64,000 nt of DNA. Source: Camelus ferus (Eukaryota). Numbering within the stretch: the stretch's first letter is position 1; every line of letters starts with the position of its first letter. Below the pieces are notes generated by a model. That model saw only the letters and a list, made by a program, of their open reading frames with translations. It made no database searches and was not told the DNA's origin. The stretch covers positions 43,154,001-43,218,000 of the forward strand of contig NC_045697.1 in the NCBI RefSeq assembly GCF_009834535.1, read 5' to 3'. Positions 11,294 through 23,346 of this stretch are shown here, piece by piece. The translations under genes were made by a program, and so were the position numbers.

Positions 11294-13799
11294 GAGGGTT
11301 GTGTGCAGCCTGGAAGACGGTAAAGGGATGTTTTCAGGTCCAGAAACCTCCCTTCTTGGGAACTGGAATAATCTATATTGTCTGGGCATAGAGGTCAATA
11401 ATAATTGAATTATTCTTATCATTTCTTGGACTCTGCCATCTTGTAGTTCCTACCTTAATTGACTTTTATTATATAATATTCTCCAACTATTTCCCTGATC
11501 ATTCTTTGTGTTTAGTAATTTCTCTTTCTGATCTATCCCTTAAACGTGGCAGTCTAACTAAACTGTCAGTGGGTCCATAGTGTTTTTTGCTGTGTTTGGC
11601 CAGTAGGCAACTGCTTTAAATTGTACTTGCTCCTTGGTCCTACTACACACGGATGATTGAGTCTACCTTGTGTAAAATTGGTCTTGGGAGACAGGCCAAT
11701 TCATTCTAAGAGTTAGCTATTTTATTAGAAACAATGATTTCTAAAGGTCATATTAATTTTTTGTTACATTATTTCAAAATAATCTATTGTTTTGGCATTC
11801 ACATAGAATAAGAAATAAAGGGAACCATAGTTCTTATTTACATAGACATTATGTACTTTGCTTTGAAAACATTCAGCAGTCTTAGGCTGGGTTTATCGCT
11901 AGGCTACCCAGGATGCATTGTGTTGAGATAAATGAAACATATTTGCATTTTATACCTCATTTCTCCCTTTTTGGAAATTATTTGTGTAATTGTGATAAGC
12001 TTGGTTTGCCAACTTCTAACTGAAACTTCTAAACCAGAGACTAGACCCTAAGGAGGCACTTGTTAAGAGCCCCTTTCTCTTGGTGTACCACGGGTGTAAA
12101 GCTTTTTAAACTTAATGTTAATAAAATTTTCCACACTTAAAAAAAAATTGAAATCTCATCTTAGAACAGATTGTCCCTTGTAATGACAGGGAACATGTCC
12201 TCATGAGGGGACACTATATCCATAATTCAACTAAAAAAAGAAATGTAGAAATAAGAAATATTACTAACGCCTATTAATTAAAATTTTAAACATTAAAAAA
12301 CTTATCATTTCTATTGAGTTTTGATAGCTCCAACCCCAGAGAAGAGCTTTAGGTTCGTGTCCTCAGCGAAGAGGGACAAGAACAGATGGATGGCTTTCTT
12401 CACGCTTCCTGCTGGGTGAATCAGTCATGCTCCAGGGTCATGTGGAGTTTGCCATTTTTGTACAAAATCACTTAATAAATTGATTGGCACCTTATCTCGA
12501 TGTCAATGTCACTCCATTTTTGAGATGTCCAAACTGTTTAAACATCAAAAACAAACCATGGAGGACAACTCAGTGAGAAAGGGTTTGTGCTAGCTGAAGA
12601 TCAAAGGAGACAGATGACTGCTGTATATATTTGATGTTACCAGAGGAGAAGTACGGTGATTTAGTCCATGCGTATGCTCAGTGCTTCTTGGCTGGCCTCA
12701 GTGAGCAGTAAAAGCAGTTGGAGACTAAGCCAGCACAAGCATCTGCAGAAAATCAGCAAAATATGATCACATTAACGATATGATACTTTAAGCTGGCATA
12801 GTCAGGAATTTTAAGGGAGCTATCAATAAATTGTCAGTCAATTCTGAAAAAAAATCCTGTGGCCAAATTTTAATTTATGAGTATTTTATTAACTTGGGCT
12901 CAGTGTCTGAGTTTTCCACACATGGTCAGTTAATGAATGTGCAATGTATCTGGTTGTATAATTTATTGTAAATATGCTGGAGAAGATTTAGATAAAACAT
13001 TAAAAAGAGGCAATATGAGAAGCAACATTTTAAGCTTATATGGGTAATTCTCTTGAATGATTTGATTATAAACTATGGGACATATGGAGAAAATTTTCAG
13101 GACCTGCATTCCATTCAGACTGAAAAGCAGGATTTAACTGTAAGTAGTTCCCCAATTTGAAATTTTTGTGTGTGTGACACATTTCTTGATAAGGTTGTTG
13201 GATGACTTTGTGTAATCTCATTCTTTCCTTTAAAGCGGTCACTTCAGAAACACAAAGCACCCGTTGTGAGAAGCTTAGTCAAGGAAGCAGCGACCGGGTA
13301 CAGTGATGTCAGACCATGCTCCAACCATGCTTGTCTATGCAGGATGCTGTGGGTTTGGGTCAGGGGATGCTAGAAGTCATAGTGAAAGCAAACTGTGAGC
13401 AGCTGTTCCCAAAGTTACTATGTGTTTGGTTTGGACTTCTACTTTCATGAATTCCTAGGGCTCATTTGCAAAATGGTAAGTCAATTTTGTATTTCAAATC
13501 TGAACAAAGCATCCAAGAAAAAGAGTCTTTAAAGGTAATATGACATTGGTTATATGAAATCTCCAACAACAGAGTCTGCATGCCTGCACACCATCCTATG
13601 AACCATTTGACTTCAAAAAAAATTTTAAATGATATTCGTGTTCTTCTCCAGATGGTAGGAGCTATACGGACTGCGATTCTGACTCTTCTATTACTGTAGC
13701 ATCTATTGCAGTGTCAGGTGCACAATGTCTGTTCAAAAACATGTAGCAAATATTCATCACATGAGTGATTGTAACTTAAGATAGCTTTAAAGGTTCAGC

Positions 13800-14650
13800 T
13801 AATGGATTTCTTTTCCTTCAAACCTATTCCTTTCTTTCTTATCTTAGTAAATGGTAACGGTGATTACCCAATTGCTAAGCTAGGACCTGGGCACTGCCCT
13901 TGATTTTCTTTCCCTCATACTCCATATTTAACAAGCAGATGGCCGTTGTCTTGGATCTGTCCTCCGTTCCACATCAGCACCAGGGCTGTGGAGGCTTAAG
14001 TCACATCACATCCTGTGGGGACTGCTGCAGAGTCCCCCCTACCAGCATCTCTGCTTTTACTCTTGCCTTGCTTTAATCTGTTCTCTTCACAACAGCCAGA
14101 GTGATCTAAAAGCACAAATGGATCATAATATGCTACTGCTTAAACCTTGCAATGGATTCCCAGAGACTTCACAGAAAATCTCCTTCCTTACCAGGGTCTA
14201 CAAGATCCATCGGGTCTAGTTCTGGCCTCCCTCTCCAACCCAGTCTCCGTCAACCCTCCCATTCATTCCTTATAATCCAGCTGTGTCGGTCTTCCTTCAG
14301 TTCCTAAGAAAACACCATGCTTTCCCCTACTTCTCAGCTTTTATTCCTGCGATTTCCTCTGCTTGGAATGAACTTCCTCCTGGTCTTTGAATGGTTGGCT
14401 TCTCACCCTTCTAGTCTCATTCGTTCTTTGAGAAACCTTCCTTGAACCCCCACCTGAATAGGTTTCCTTCACAGCCTCTCCTCCTCAAGCGCTTCACCCC
14501 CTTTGTGGGTTTTTATAGTTCCATCACTGTTTGCAAAAATTAATAATTTGTTTATTACTTTTCTCCCGTAGTACTTTGGAACATGTCTGTTTCATTTACT
14601 GCACCACCCGGTATAATGCCTGACATATATTATGTGATCAGTAAATATGG
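13800..14650 (+). mobile_element. L2 LINE 3' portion
   Basis: 'tcttagtaaatggtaac', 'cacaacagccagagtgatct...ctgcttaaaccttgcaatgg', 'ttcctctgcttggaatg'; ends 'aatgcctgacatatatt...cagtaaatat'. Confidence 0.85.
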
Positions 14651-14687
14651 AAAATTAATTTATTTACTGATAGAATATCCAACTAAA

Positions 14688-14728
14688 TTATATATATATA
14701 TAAAATATGTATATATAATATATATACA
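14688..14728. repeat. (TA)n-rich microsatellite
   Basis: ttatatatatatataaaatatgtatatataatatatataca. Confidence 0.8.
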
Positions 14729-14784
14729 TTGCATAGGGAGGTAAATGGGAAAGTTCTGTTTTGACTTAACCACAACCCTTTCTC

Positions 14785-15680
14785 CATCAATCCACTTACT
14801 TACTAAGCATCAAATATGTGAAAGCTGTTCTGAGGCTGTTGTGACTTCTAGTCCCTGCCCTTGTATACTTATATCCTAGGAGAGAAGATTAATGCCTATA
14901 CCAGTAACTGTTAATTCAGAGATGACTGAAAGAGAAGTGCTCTGGAAGTTTTTTCATTTATGTACAATTTATAATTAATCTATTTTTTTTTTAAAGAATT
15001 TGCATTGAACTATATAGGCGTTTCAAGGAGAAAAATGACTTGTCTCTGGGTGAATCTGGGAAGGGTTCTTAATGGACCCAGTGTGTGACTTCGCTTCTGA
15101 TGAATGTAGAATTTGGAGGTGCAAGTGTGGTGAGAAAGGGCCATTGCTATAAACAAGCCAATATTGCAGACGGTGCACAGCTCACGTGGGGAGCAGCTGG
15201 AAGGGGCAAGGTTGTCATGACTGAAAGGGCTGCGTTTAGAAAGTGAGGTCAAGTCAGATTGTGTGGGGTTTGTAACCGCCGGGAGAAAGAATTTGTCTAT
15301 TGTTTGAAGAAGCAAAGGGGAGCCCTTAAAACTTTCCAAGCTGGGCAGTGATTTAATTCGAGTGTGGCTGAGGTTGGTTTGTCTCAAAGTGCCACTTAGG
15401 AGGGATTACAACAGGGAAGAAGCAGAAGTAAGGGCGGTGTTTAGAAACTTCTGGCTCTAGGAAAGGAACCGAGATCTCTGGCAATCAGAGTGGGAAAAAA
15501 GAGAAGGGGCAGATTGGGGAGTTCCCACAGAGGAGAAGTTCACCTGTTCTGAAAGCTCGCTTGAACCATGGGAATGAGAGGACAGAACGCAGAATGAGAG
15601 CAAAAGTCCGGTTTCTTACAAGAGTTAGGGAAGGAAAACTGAGGAGGAAGGTTCAGTTTGAGTCCTTGAGTGCGAGATGG
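14785..15680 (-). mobile_element. L2 LINE 3' portion
   Basis: 'ttactaagcatcaaatatgtg...gtccctgcccttgtatacttatatcctag' followed by the G/A-rich antisense L2 body. Confidence 0.65.
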
Positions 15681-15879
15681 GGATTACACTTTAGGAAAGA
15701 TGATGGTGATGAGGCTTTAACTTGATGTCCTCTTTCTTACATTGGACTAAAAAAATTAAAAAAAAAAAAGACAGTATTGCCTAGCGTACTATCTTTTAAG
15801 GATGTTGTGAGCTGCAGCCTTGGAGATCACTGATGTCTGTGTAAATCTGAGCGAGTGAGGTAAAGTGAATGACGGTTGG

Positions 15880-16075
15880 CATGGACTCAGATGACGGAGG
15901 TTGAAGTCCTGACTTACTGCTCAACAGCCTACTGCTGACTAGTCACCATGTGAGCTTCTCAAAGTCTCTAACCTCAGTTTCCTTCCCCATGAAATGGAAA
16001 CAAGTCCATCATCATTGTAATCTCAAGTACCAGTGGAAGGATTCAGTGAGATTGTGTATTTTCAAGTGCTTCGTA
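15880..16075 (+). mobile_element. MIR SINE
   Basis: 'ggttgaagtcctgact...tctctaacctcagtttccttccccatgaaatgg...aggattcagtgagattgtgta...aagtgctt'. Confidence 0.75.
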
Positions 16076-16325
16076 CATCCTCTCGGGAGGACAGGATTCC
16101 CCGGGAAACTCTAGGTATGTGACTGCTGGGTGTTGGATGTTGGATACAGGCTCTATTATCAATTATAAAACTGCTTTAAATAATTGCCACTTTTGCTGTC
16201 TTTTACAGTGTCATGATCCCCGAACACACAATCATTAAGAAAAAAAATTTTTTTTTGTCTCATTGGTCAGGCTGCCTGACCTTTTTCGTTGAAAATTCTT
16301 AATTTTATAAAAGTTAAACAAGCAA

Positions 16326-16612
16326 CCGAGGAGCCCTTAGGACTTGAACAGTGGGAAAGGTAGTTCAGCTGGCAGCGGCGTTCTGAAGGCCTCCGGCTTG
16401 CGGGAGCCGGGCTTTCCCGCACTGCCTCCCTGTGTCCGCAGAGAGAAGCGCGGCTGCCGCCTCCCGCTGGTAGAGCGCTGTGTGTCTGCTTCAAGCGCCT
16501 GGACCTTGGGGACGCCGACAGCTGACGGGCTTGGAACGCCCGCAGCAGAGCTCAGGCCAGGCTCAGAAAGCCCGCAATGCTCCATAGAGGAAAAGGAAAT
16601 CCCGCCGGCAAA
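16326..16612. promoter_or_regulatory. Small CpG-rich island, candidate regulatory element
   Basis: 22 CpG counted in ~285 bp of GC-rich sequence against a CpG-depleted background; no repeat recognised. Confidence 0.55.
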
Positions 16613-18517
16613 ACCTCTCTAAAGCTCAGGCAGAATCTGGGGGTTATATTTACTTAAAAAAAACCCAAAACTTAGGGTATAGTCTTAAATACTGTCGCAA
16701 GAAATTTAGTTTCTTTTGAAGTGCCAGCATTCCAAACTGCGGGATGTGAAGGGGTATTGCAACCACTGAATACGGAGCGGACCCCTCAAAGTAAATAAGC
16801 ACCATGTCCACTCCCAAATAAATGGCTTTTTGTTTGAGTGTGGGGTGGGTTTGATAAGGATGGTGTTACAACGTTGAATGAGGTGCAAGGGAAAAATGAC
16901 TTTCATAAGTTCACATGGCTGTCATTATATTCTCTCCTAGGTTCCCTTTCCTCCAACTCCACCCTTCCAGACTCCCTTCTGGATCCTTCGGCATCCATTC
17001 AGTAGAAGTCAGGGGATGTACTGATAAGTCTGCATTTGCTATTGATCTGTATACAGCTGTTTTATGTACCAAGAAAAGCTGTAAATGAGGGGGAGGAAAA
17101 CAAAAAGTTGCTTGTGGATCGTTCACATTGGTATGTAGTATTAGCCTACCGGAGTCCACACAGAGTCTTTTGAGCGAACTGAGCATAAAACACACACACA
17201 GATTTCCTACGACCATAATCTTTCTTTCTCTCTTTAATTCTTACCTCATGTGGATTTTATGTCTTGGTCATTTTTTTTTAAATCAATAATCATCCTGTGG
17301 CTTTTCTCTCCTTTTTAAGTCATCTGCTTCAGTGGCAACGTTAGCTAAACACATTCCCAGCTCCACTCCACTCATTAGTATTAATGGAGTAATCATCATT
17401 CCTTTCCTTGGCTCCTTAGACTTGCTTCAATATTTACACATTGGCTGAAGCTGACTGAGCAGAAATAATGAGCCTTCGACATCCTTGCTGCACAGGGTGG
17501 GCGAAGACTTGCTTCCACGGGGTGGAGTTTATGGTGGAATAAAGGCTATGACTTATAATTATCAGTGAAAATGACAGGCAGTGTCCCTGGTACTTGTCGC
17601 ACCAGCCCAGCGCTGTGGTGGTGGCCGGGGCATTGCCCAAGCTGGACGGACCCTGCCTCTCAAGTGACTGTGAGAAACAGAGCTGCCCTTTTGCCTCCTC
17701 CAGCCTCTACTCAAATTATTATTTCATTCTTTTTCAAGGAAAGGTCCCCTTTGAGTCAGAGGGCTTTTCTACAGACTTATCAAGCTTTTATTCCCACTTT
17801 GGGCTTCCTGACAGTACTGTTTCATAGGTAAAGAGCTTCTCTTGGATTTTTTTTTCTTTTTCTTTTCTGGTAAAATAAACAAGTTAACTTTCCTGACTTC
17901 ATCAAACACCTAATTCAATGGGCATTTATGAAGCACTTGCTACTTGCCAGACATTGTATTAGGGGCTGAGTCCCTTCCAACTTGTCCTTTTCTCTCAGGA
18001 AGAAGCTAAAATAAAGAGATGAATGGGAGACTGAATTCTTAAAATACGGAGAAATTCTAGAAAGCATGCACCTAAGAGATTGCTTGACTGAATTCCAGAA
18101 AAAAGAGGAAAAATTAACATCTGTTTTCATCTCTAAGAGCATTCTTGTCTTCTCAACCAGCTCTCCACAATATTCTAGCAACGTGGATCAGTTTTTGAGA
18201 CAAGGAGAGATCCTTTTGACTAATATTTATCCCCTAAGAGCAGGATGTTTGTATATTTAGACATCTGTGCTTCCCGGCACAGGACAGCTAGAGACTTTTT
18301 CTCACTGCTCTACGTTTTGAAGATTTGTTTTTTATCATTGGCAGTCCCCTTCTTTAGCACTGGAGCTGCAGGGCTGCCTCCCCGCTGAGAGTTCAGAATA
18401 TTTCCCAACACACAGACAGTATGGCATTCAGCTTCCGAGAACACTCCAGAATACATCTATATTCAGGGCTAATTGTTGTGGGTTTATTATTATTTTTTGG
18501 AGGTAAGGAAATTGGTA

Positions 18518-18751
18518 TTTTTTTTTAATTGAAGTATAGTTGGTTTATAATGTGTTAATTTCTGGTATACAGCATAGTGACTCAGTTATACATACATATA
18601 TATTACTTTTCATATTCTTTCTCATTATAGGCCATTACAAGGTATTAAACATAGTTTCCTGTGCTGTACAGTGGGACCTTGATGTTAATTTGTTTTATAT
18701 ATAGTAGTTAATATCTGCAAATCCCAAAATCCCAATTTATCACTTCCCGCC
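18518..18751 (-). mobile_element. Young 5'-truncated L1 3' end
   Basis: T-tract plus 'aattgaagtatagttggtttataatgtgttaatttctggtatacagcatagtgactcag...cccaatttatc'. TTGGTAT occurs at both ends (18512-18518, 18752-18758). Confidence 0.9.
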
Positions 18752-19284
18752 TTGGTATCCCACCTTCATTACACAGCCCTGGCTCCAGCTCTTGCCTGTT
18801 TTTGTTTCTGTTAGCAGCTTGGAAAAGAAAGACAGATCCAGGGGACAGTCTAAATCTCACCTTCAGGCTGGAGATCCTGACCCAGAGGAGCAAAGAGAAT
18901 TGTGAAGCAGTTTTATCCACAGACCTGTGAATAAAGACTGGTACAGGGGAAAGAAAAAAATTGGAAGGGGAGAGAAAAAGAAGAGGCAGGGTGAACAGGA
19001 GGGTGAGACACCAAACAAAAGAGCTTTGGGGGTTAAAAACAGCAACCAGGACACGGGGACCCCATGACCAGTGCAGGGAAGGGATGTGTCATGGTGATCT
19101 GGCGGCTCCCGTGCCGACAGACCCAGGCTTCCTATGGGGTGGAGGTCCAGGGAGCTCCGCTCAGCTCTTCTGAGTTTCCTAATATTTTAGCCTCCCTAAA
19201 AATAAACATCATTATGGAATAATCTTCCAAATTTAGAATCAGAAAGGCTGTTAATAATTGTCAACTCTGACCATCTCTTTGGAA

Positions 19285-20190
19285 AATTACTTCCCCAGTT
19301 TTACTGAGATGTAATTGACATGCAACACTGTACAGCATGATAAAGTGTACAGTGTGATGGCTTGACATATTTTGTGAAATGATTATTGCAGTAAGTTTAG
19401 TTAGCATCATCATCTCATATAGATACAATAAAAAGAAAAAGCAAAAAAAGAAAAACAATTTTCCTTGTGATGAGAACTCTTAGGATTTACTCTCTTAACA
19501 ACTTTCATGTACAGCACACAACAGTATTAACTATAGTCAGTATGTTGTACATTACATCCTTAGTGTTTATTTATCTTCTAACTGGAAGTTTGACCACCTT
19601 CTTTCAATTCCTCTCTCCCCTTCCCCACCCCCAACCCTCCTCACCTCTGGTAACCACAAATCTGACCTCTTTTTCAATGAGTTTGGGCTTTTTTAGATTA
19701 CACTTATTAGGGAGGTCATGTGGTTTTTGTCTTTCTCTGTCTGACTTAGTTCATTTAACATAATGCCTTCAAGATTCATCCATGTTGTCACAAAAGGCAA
19801 GAACTCGTCATTTTTTATGGCTGAATAATATTGCATTGTATGTATATACACCACAACTTCTTTATCCATTCATCTGCCAATGAACACTTAGGTTGTTTTC
19901 ATGTCTTGGTTATTGTAACTACTGCTGTTATGAACATGTGGGTGCAAATATCTTTTCGAGTTAGTGTTATCATTTCTTTTGGTTATATTCCCTGGAGTGG
20001 AATTGCTGGGTCATATGGTAGTTCTATTTTTAATTTTTTGAGGACCCTCCATACTGTTTTCCGTAGTGGCTACACCAGTTTACAATCCCATCGACAGTGG
20101 AAAAGATTCCCTTTTCTCCACATCCTTGCCAGCATTTCTTGCCTCTTGTCTTTTTTATGATGGTCATTCTAACAGGCGTGAGGCAATAGT
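19285..20190 (-). mobile_element. L1MA9-like 3' end (3'UTR plus end of ORF2), apparently inserted into a MIR
   Basis: 'tgatgagaactcttaggatttactctcttaacaactttca', 'ggagtggaattgctgggtcatatggtagttctatttttaatttttt', 'cattctaacaggcgtgagg'. Confidence 0.9.
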
Positions 20191-20934
20191 TATTGTTAAC
20201 AATCTCTTCTTAAAGGTAAGAATTCAAAGAATCTAACGTTCATAAAATGCACAATTTTGCAAAGCTGACTAGTGGCAGAGGCTGCTCTCTTAACTCTCAA
20301 GCCAGGGCAGTTTAGCTGTTCGAGCCACATTAATGGATGCAAGCTTCTAGGAGGTAGATGGAGTCATAAGCGGGTAACTCCCAAATGAGCAAATTAGCTC
20401 ATAAAGATTCCAAATGCAATCCAAGTTCCTTGGCTAGGGTCTAGACCAGGATCATAATACCAGAATTATAAATATGAACTGAAAAGAACTGTTTTCAACA
20501 TCTTCCTCACCTTACTATACTTTCCAACAGTATCTCTAGCTGGGACATTGGAAAGGGAGCTTTCATATTTTCCTTCTCTGTGCTCCTACGAACATTATTA
20601 GCCACAATGATTGATTAATTGATTGATTCTTTTACTCAGTCATCCATTATGTATTTATGGAATCCTGGTTTTGTTCAAGTTCCTGTTTTTCGGAGGCCCC
20701 TTCTATCGGAAAGTCATAGTCCCAATATAAGACATATTCTCAAACAATTAAAATCCAGTTCAGTACCCCCAATTATAAAGTTAAAGTAGTCGGCATATAA
20801 CATGTACTCTTCATTTCAAATAGCCTGACCCACAAAACTGTATCAATTGGTTTTTTAAAAGATGAGGGAATTAGTTAGCAATCTGCTCCCCACCACAGAA
20901 TTTCTTAGTAGTGAAGGTTGTTGCTTATGAAAGA

Positions 20935-21140
20935 GGATTTAATATTTGCTGAGCTCCTACTATGAGCTAGGTAATATGTGAAGAACTTTATTATTTCATT
21001 TAATTGCTCTTATCATCCTTCAAAATACTCTACCCATTTTACAGATAAGTATATGGAAGCTCAAAGAATTGAGTAACTTTCTCATGGCCAGTAATTTAAA
21101 GTGACAGAGTCAAAATTCAGATAGAAGTTAGACTTCTGAT
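20935..21140 (-). mobile_element. MIR SINE
   Basis: 'tatttgctgagctcctactatgagctagg...cccattttacagataag...gagtaactttctcatggcc'. Confidence 0.8.
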
Positions 21141-21421
21141 GAGCCCTAACTTGCTCTCGTCCAGCACCAGGTCTCAGGGTAACCAAGGCTGACTTGTGAT
21201 CTGATGACTCCATGAGTTGGGATGATGTCTCTTCTAGATTCTAGTCTGGGAATATTTGTGGAGATTGAGGTGGAAAATTTTCCTAAAATAAAATGATCTC
21301 TTTACATGAAAATGCTTCAATATTATTTGTTCAATATTAAATGCTTCAATTGTACCAGTCCTGTATTATGTGTTAATTCAAGGACAAAAAAGAAATTACT
21401 CTTTCTCTTATGAGGCTCATG

Positions 21422-22305
21422 ATTATTTATAATAGCTAAGACATAAAAACAACCTAAGTGCCCATCAACAGATGAATGGATAAAGAAGTTGCAGAATATG
21501 GAATATGTAACAGAATATTATTCAGCCATAAAAAAACAAGGAAATCCTGCCATTTGCGACATATGGGTGGACCTTGAGAGCATTAAGCCAGAGAGAGAAA
21601 GACAAATGCTGTATCATCTCACTTATATGTGGAATTTAAAACAAACAAACAAAAAGCCAAACTCATAGAAAAAGAGATCACATTTATAGATACCAGAGAC
21701 AGAGAGTGAGGGAATGTGAGAAAGGAGCAGTGGAGGAAAGTGGTCAAAAGGTACAGACTTCCAACTGCAAGATAAATAAGTGCTGGGAAATTTGGGAGTT
21801 TGAGATTTGCAAATGTTAGCCACTATATATAAAAATAGATTTTTAAAAAGTCTCTTCTGTATAGCACAAGGAACTATATTCAATATCTTATAATAACCTT
21901 TAATGAAAAAGAATATGAAAATGAATATATGTATGTATATGCATGACTGGGACATTGTGCTGTACACCAGAAGTTGACACATTGTAACTGACTGTACTTC
22001 AATTAAAAAAAATTTCTTAAAAGCTTAATGGCCTCAAGATTCAAAAAAATAATAAGTACTAGGGGTGTAATGTATAGCATGGTGACTGTAGTTAACACCG
22101 TTGTGTGGTATATATGCAAGTTAAGAGAGTAAATCCTAAGAGTTCTCATCACAAGGAAAAACAAACTTTTTTTTCTTCTTTTTGATATCTATATTTATTG
22201 TAGTAATCATTGCATAATACATGTAAGTCAACTCATTATGTTGTACACCTTAAATTTACACAATGTTGTATGTCAATTATATATCAATAAAACTGGACCA
22301 GAAAA
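21422..22305 (+). mobile_element. L1MA9-like 3' end with TSD, hosting a nested young L1
   Basis: 'caacctaagtgcccatcaacagatgaatggataaaga...gagagtaaatcctaagagttctcatcacaagg...tatatcaataaaactgg'. TSD gaggctcatg (21412-21421) / gaggcttatg (22306-22315). Confidence 0.9.
21788..22050 (+). mobile_element. Young camelid-type L1 3' end with an extra 30-bp segment between two A-tracts
   Basis: 'gcatgactgggacattgtgctgtacaccagaagttgacacattgtaactgactgtacttcaatt' + A8 + 30 bp + A7. TSD aataagtgctggg (21775-21787) / aataagtactagg (22051-22063). Confidence 0.9.
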
Positions 22306-23276
22306 GAGGCTTATGGTCTGCTGGGAGTGGCAGTGACATGGGCACGTATGCAAATAAATGCAGTGTTCTGTGACTCCAAGATAAATGCACAGGACCATGG
22401 GTGGACAAGGGAGGGAGTGGTCAGTTCTTGGGAGCTAGAGTAAGTACAAGGATGGCTTTCACAGAAGTACATGGAAATGAGAACATGGATTTGGAAATAA
22501 CTTCACAGTGCCTAGCCCATACATGGCCACACAGATTCATCATTTCTGTTTTGAGAATCAGAAAGTACTAAAATGAGTGTGTTACATTTATTTTGTTCTG
22601 CTTAATTTTTATGAATTCCACTCCATTTTTTCTTGGTCCATAATGACTTGAAGTCATAGAAATGTGACCTAGATCTTTCAAAAGGGCAAGTTTACCTGCT
22701 TCTACCTGCTTAGGAAAAAGGAACAGAGGACACAGGGATAACCGTCCTATCCAGAGTAAACCATTAAGTCAGGATTGGAAAACTCTCCTTTCCTCCTCTC
22801 TTGTTTCCTTCATTCGCAGCCTTTCTCAGTTCTGTCATGACCTCCTCTTCAACCAGATTCACAAAGTGAAAGGATGAAAGTCTTGGGAGAAGAAAACAAC
22901 CAGCTTCCAAAACAAGAGAAAGAACCAATGCGGAGGAACCGCTCTTGCAATGAGCTTCCAGTGCGTGTATGTGTGTGGTTTCTTTAAGTCACTGGGAAAG
23001 TTTTTAATGCTCATAGAAACCAAAGAGTCCTGGAGAGTTACAGAGAGCCCCAGCAGTCACCAGCTGACACTTTAAAGGAACTGAAGCCATATATCCACTC
23101 CAGAAAGAGTTGGGGAAAGGACAGCAGTAGGGGGCTGGCTGCACTGGGTAATTTTTGTTTTTGTTGTTCCTTCCCTTAAAAAAGTACATGTCATAGACAT
23201 ATCTTCATCAATCATCCTCCAAACACAACTACATAGGCATGTTTGTAGCTTATTTCCTTATTTTCACATACGTTCC

Positions 23277-23346
23277 TGTATGCGTGCGCGCGCGTGCGCA
23301 CACACCCCCCCCTTCCTCTCTCCCTCTCTCTCATTTTCTCTCTCTG
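23277..23346. repeat. Alternating purine-pyrimidine (CG/TG/CA) tract followed by a C/T-rich tract
   Basis: tgtatgcgtgcgcgcgcgtgcgcacacac then cccccccttcctctctccctctctctc. Confidence 0.8.

Larger units (their letters stand above)
21330..22470 (-). mobile_element. L2 3' end split by an L1 insertion (pieces ~21330-21421 and ~22306-22470)
   Basis: Removing the L1 joins 'tctcttatgaggctcatg' to 'gtctgctgggag...ggatggctttcacagaag', an antisense L2 3' pattern. Confidence 0.55.

Noticed and set aside
12480..12860. Unique-looking stretch with a Kozak-like accATGG
   Set aside because: The ORF stops after 11 codons; no recognisable pseudogene or repeat identity.
16267..16622. Overlapping ORFs on both strands
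   Set aside because: Explained by high GC content; no recognisable protein or consistent exon structure.
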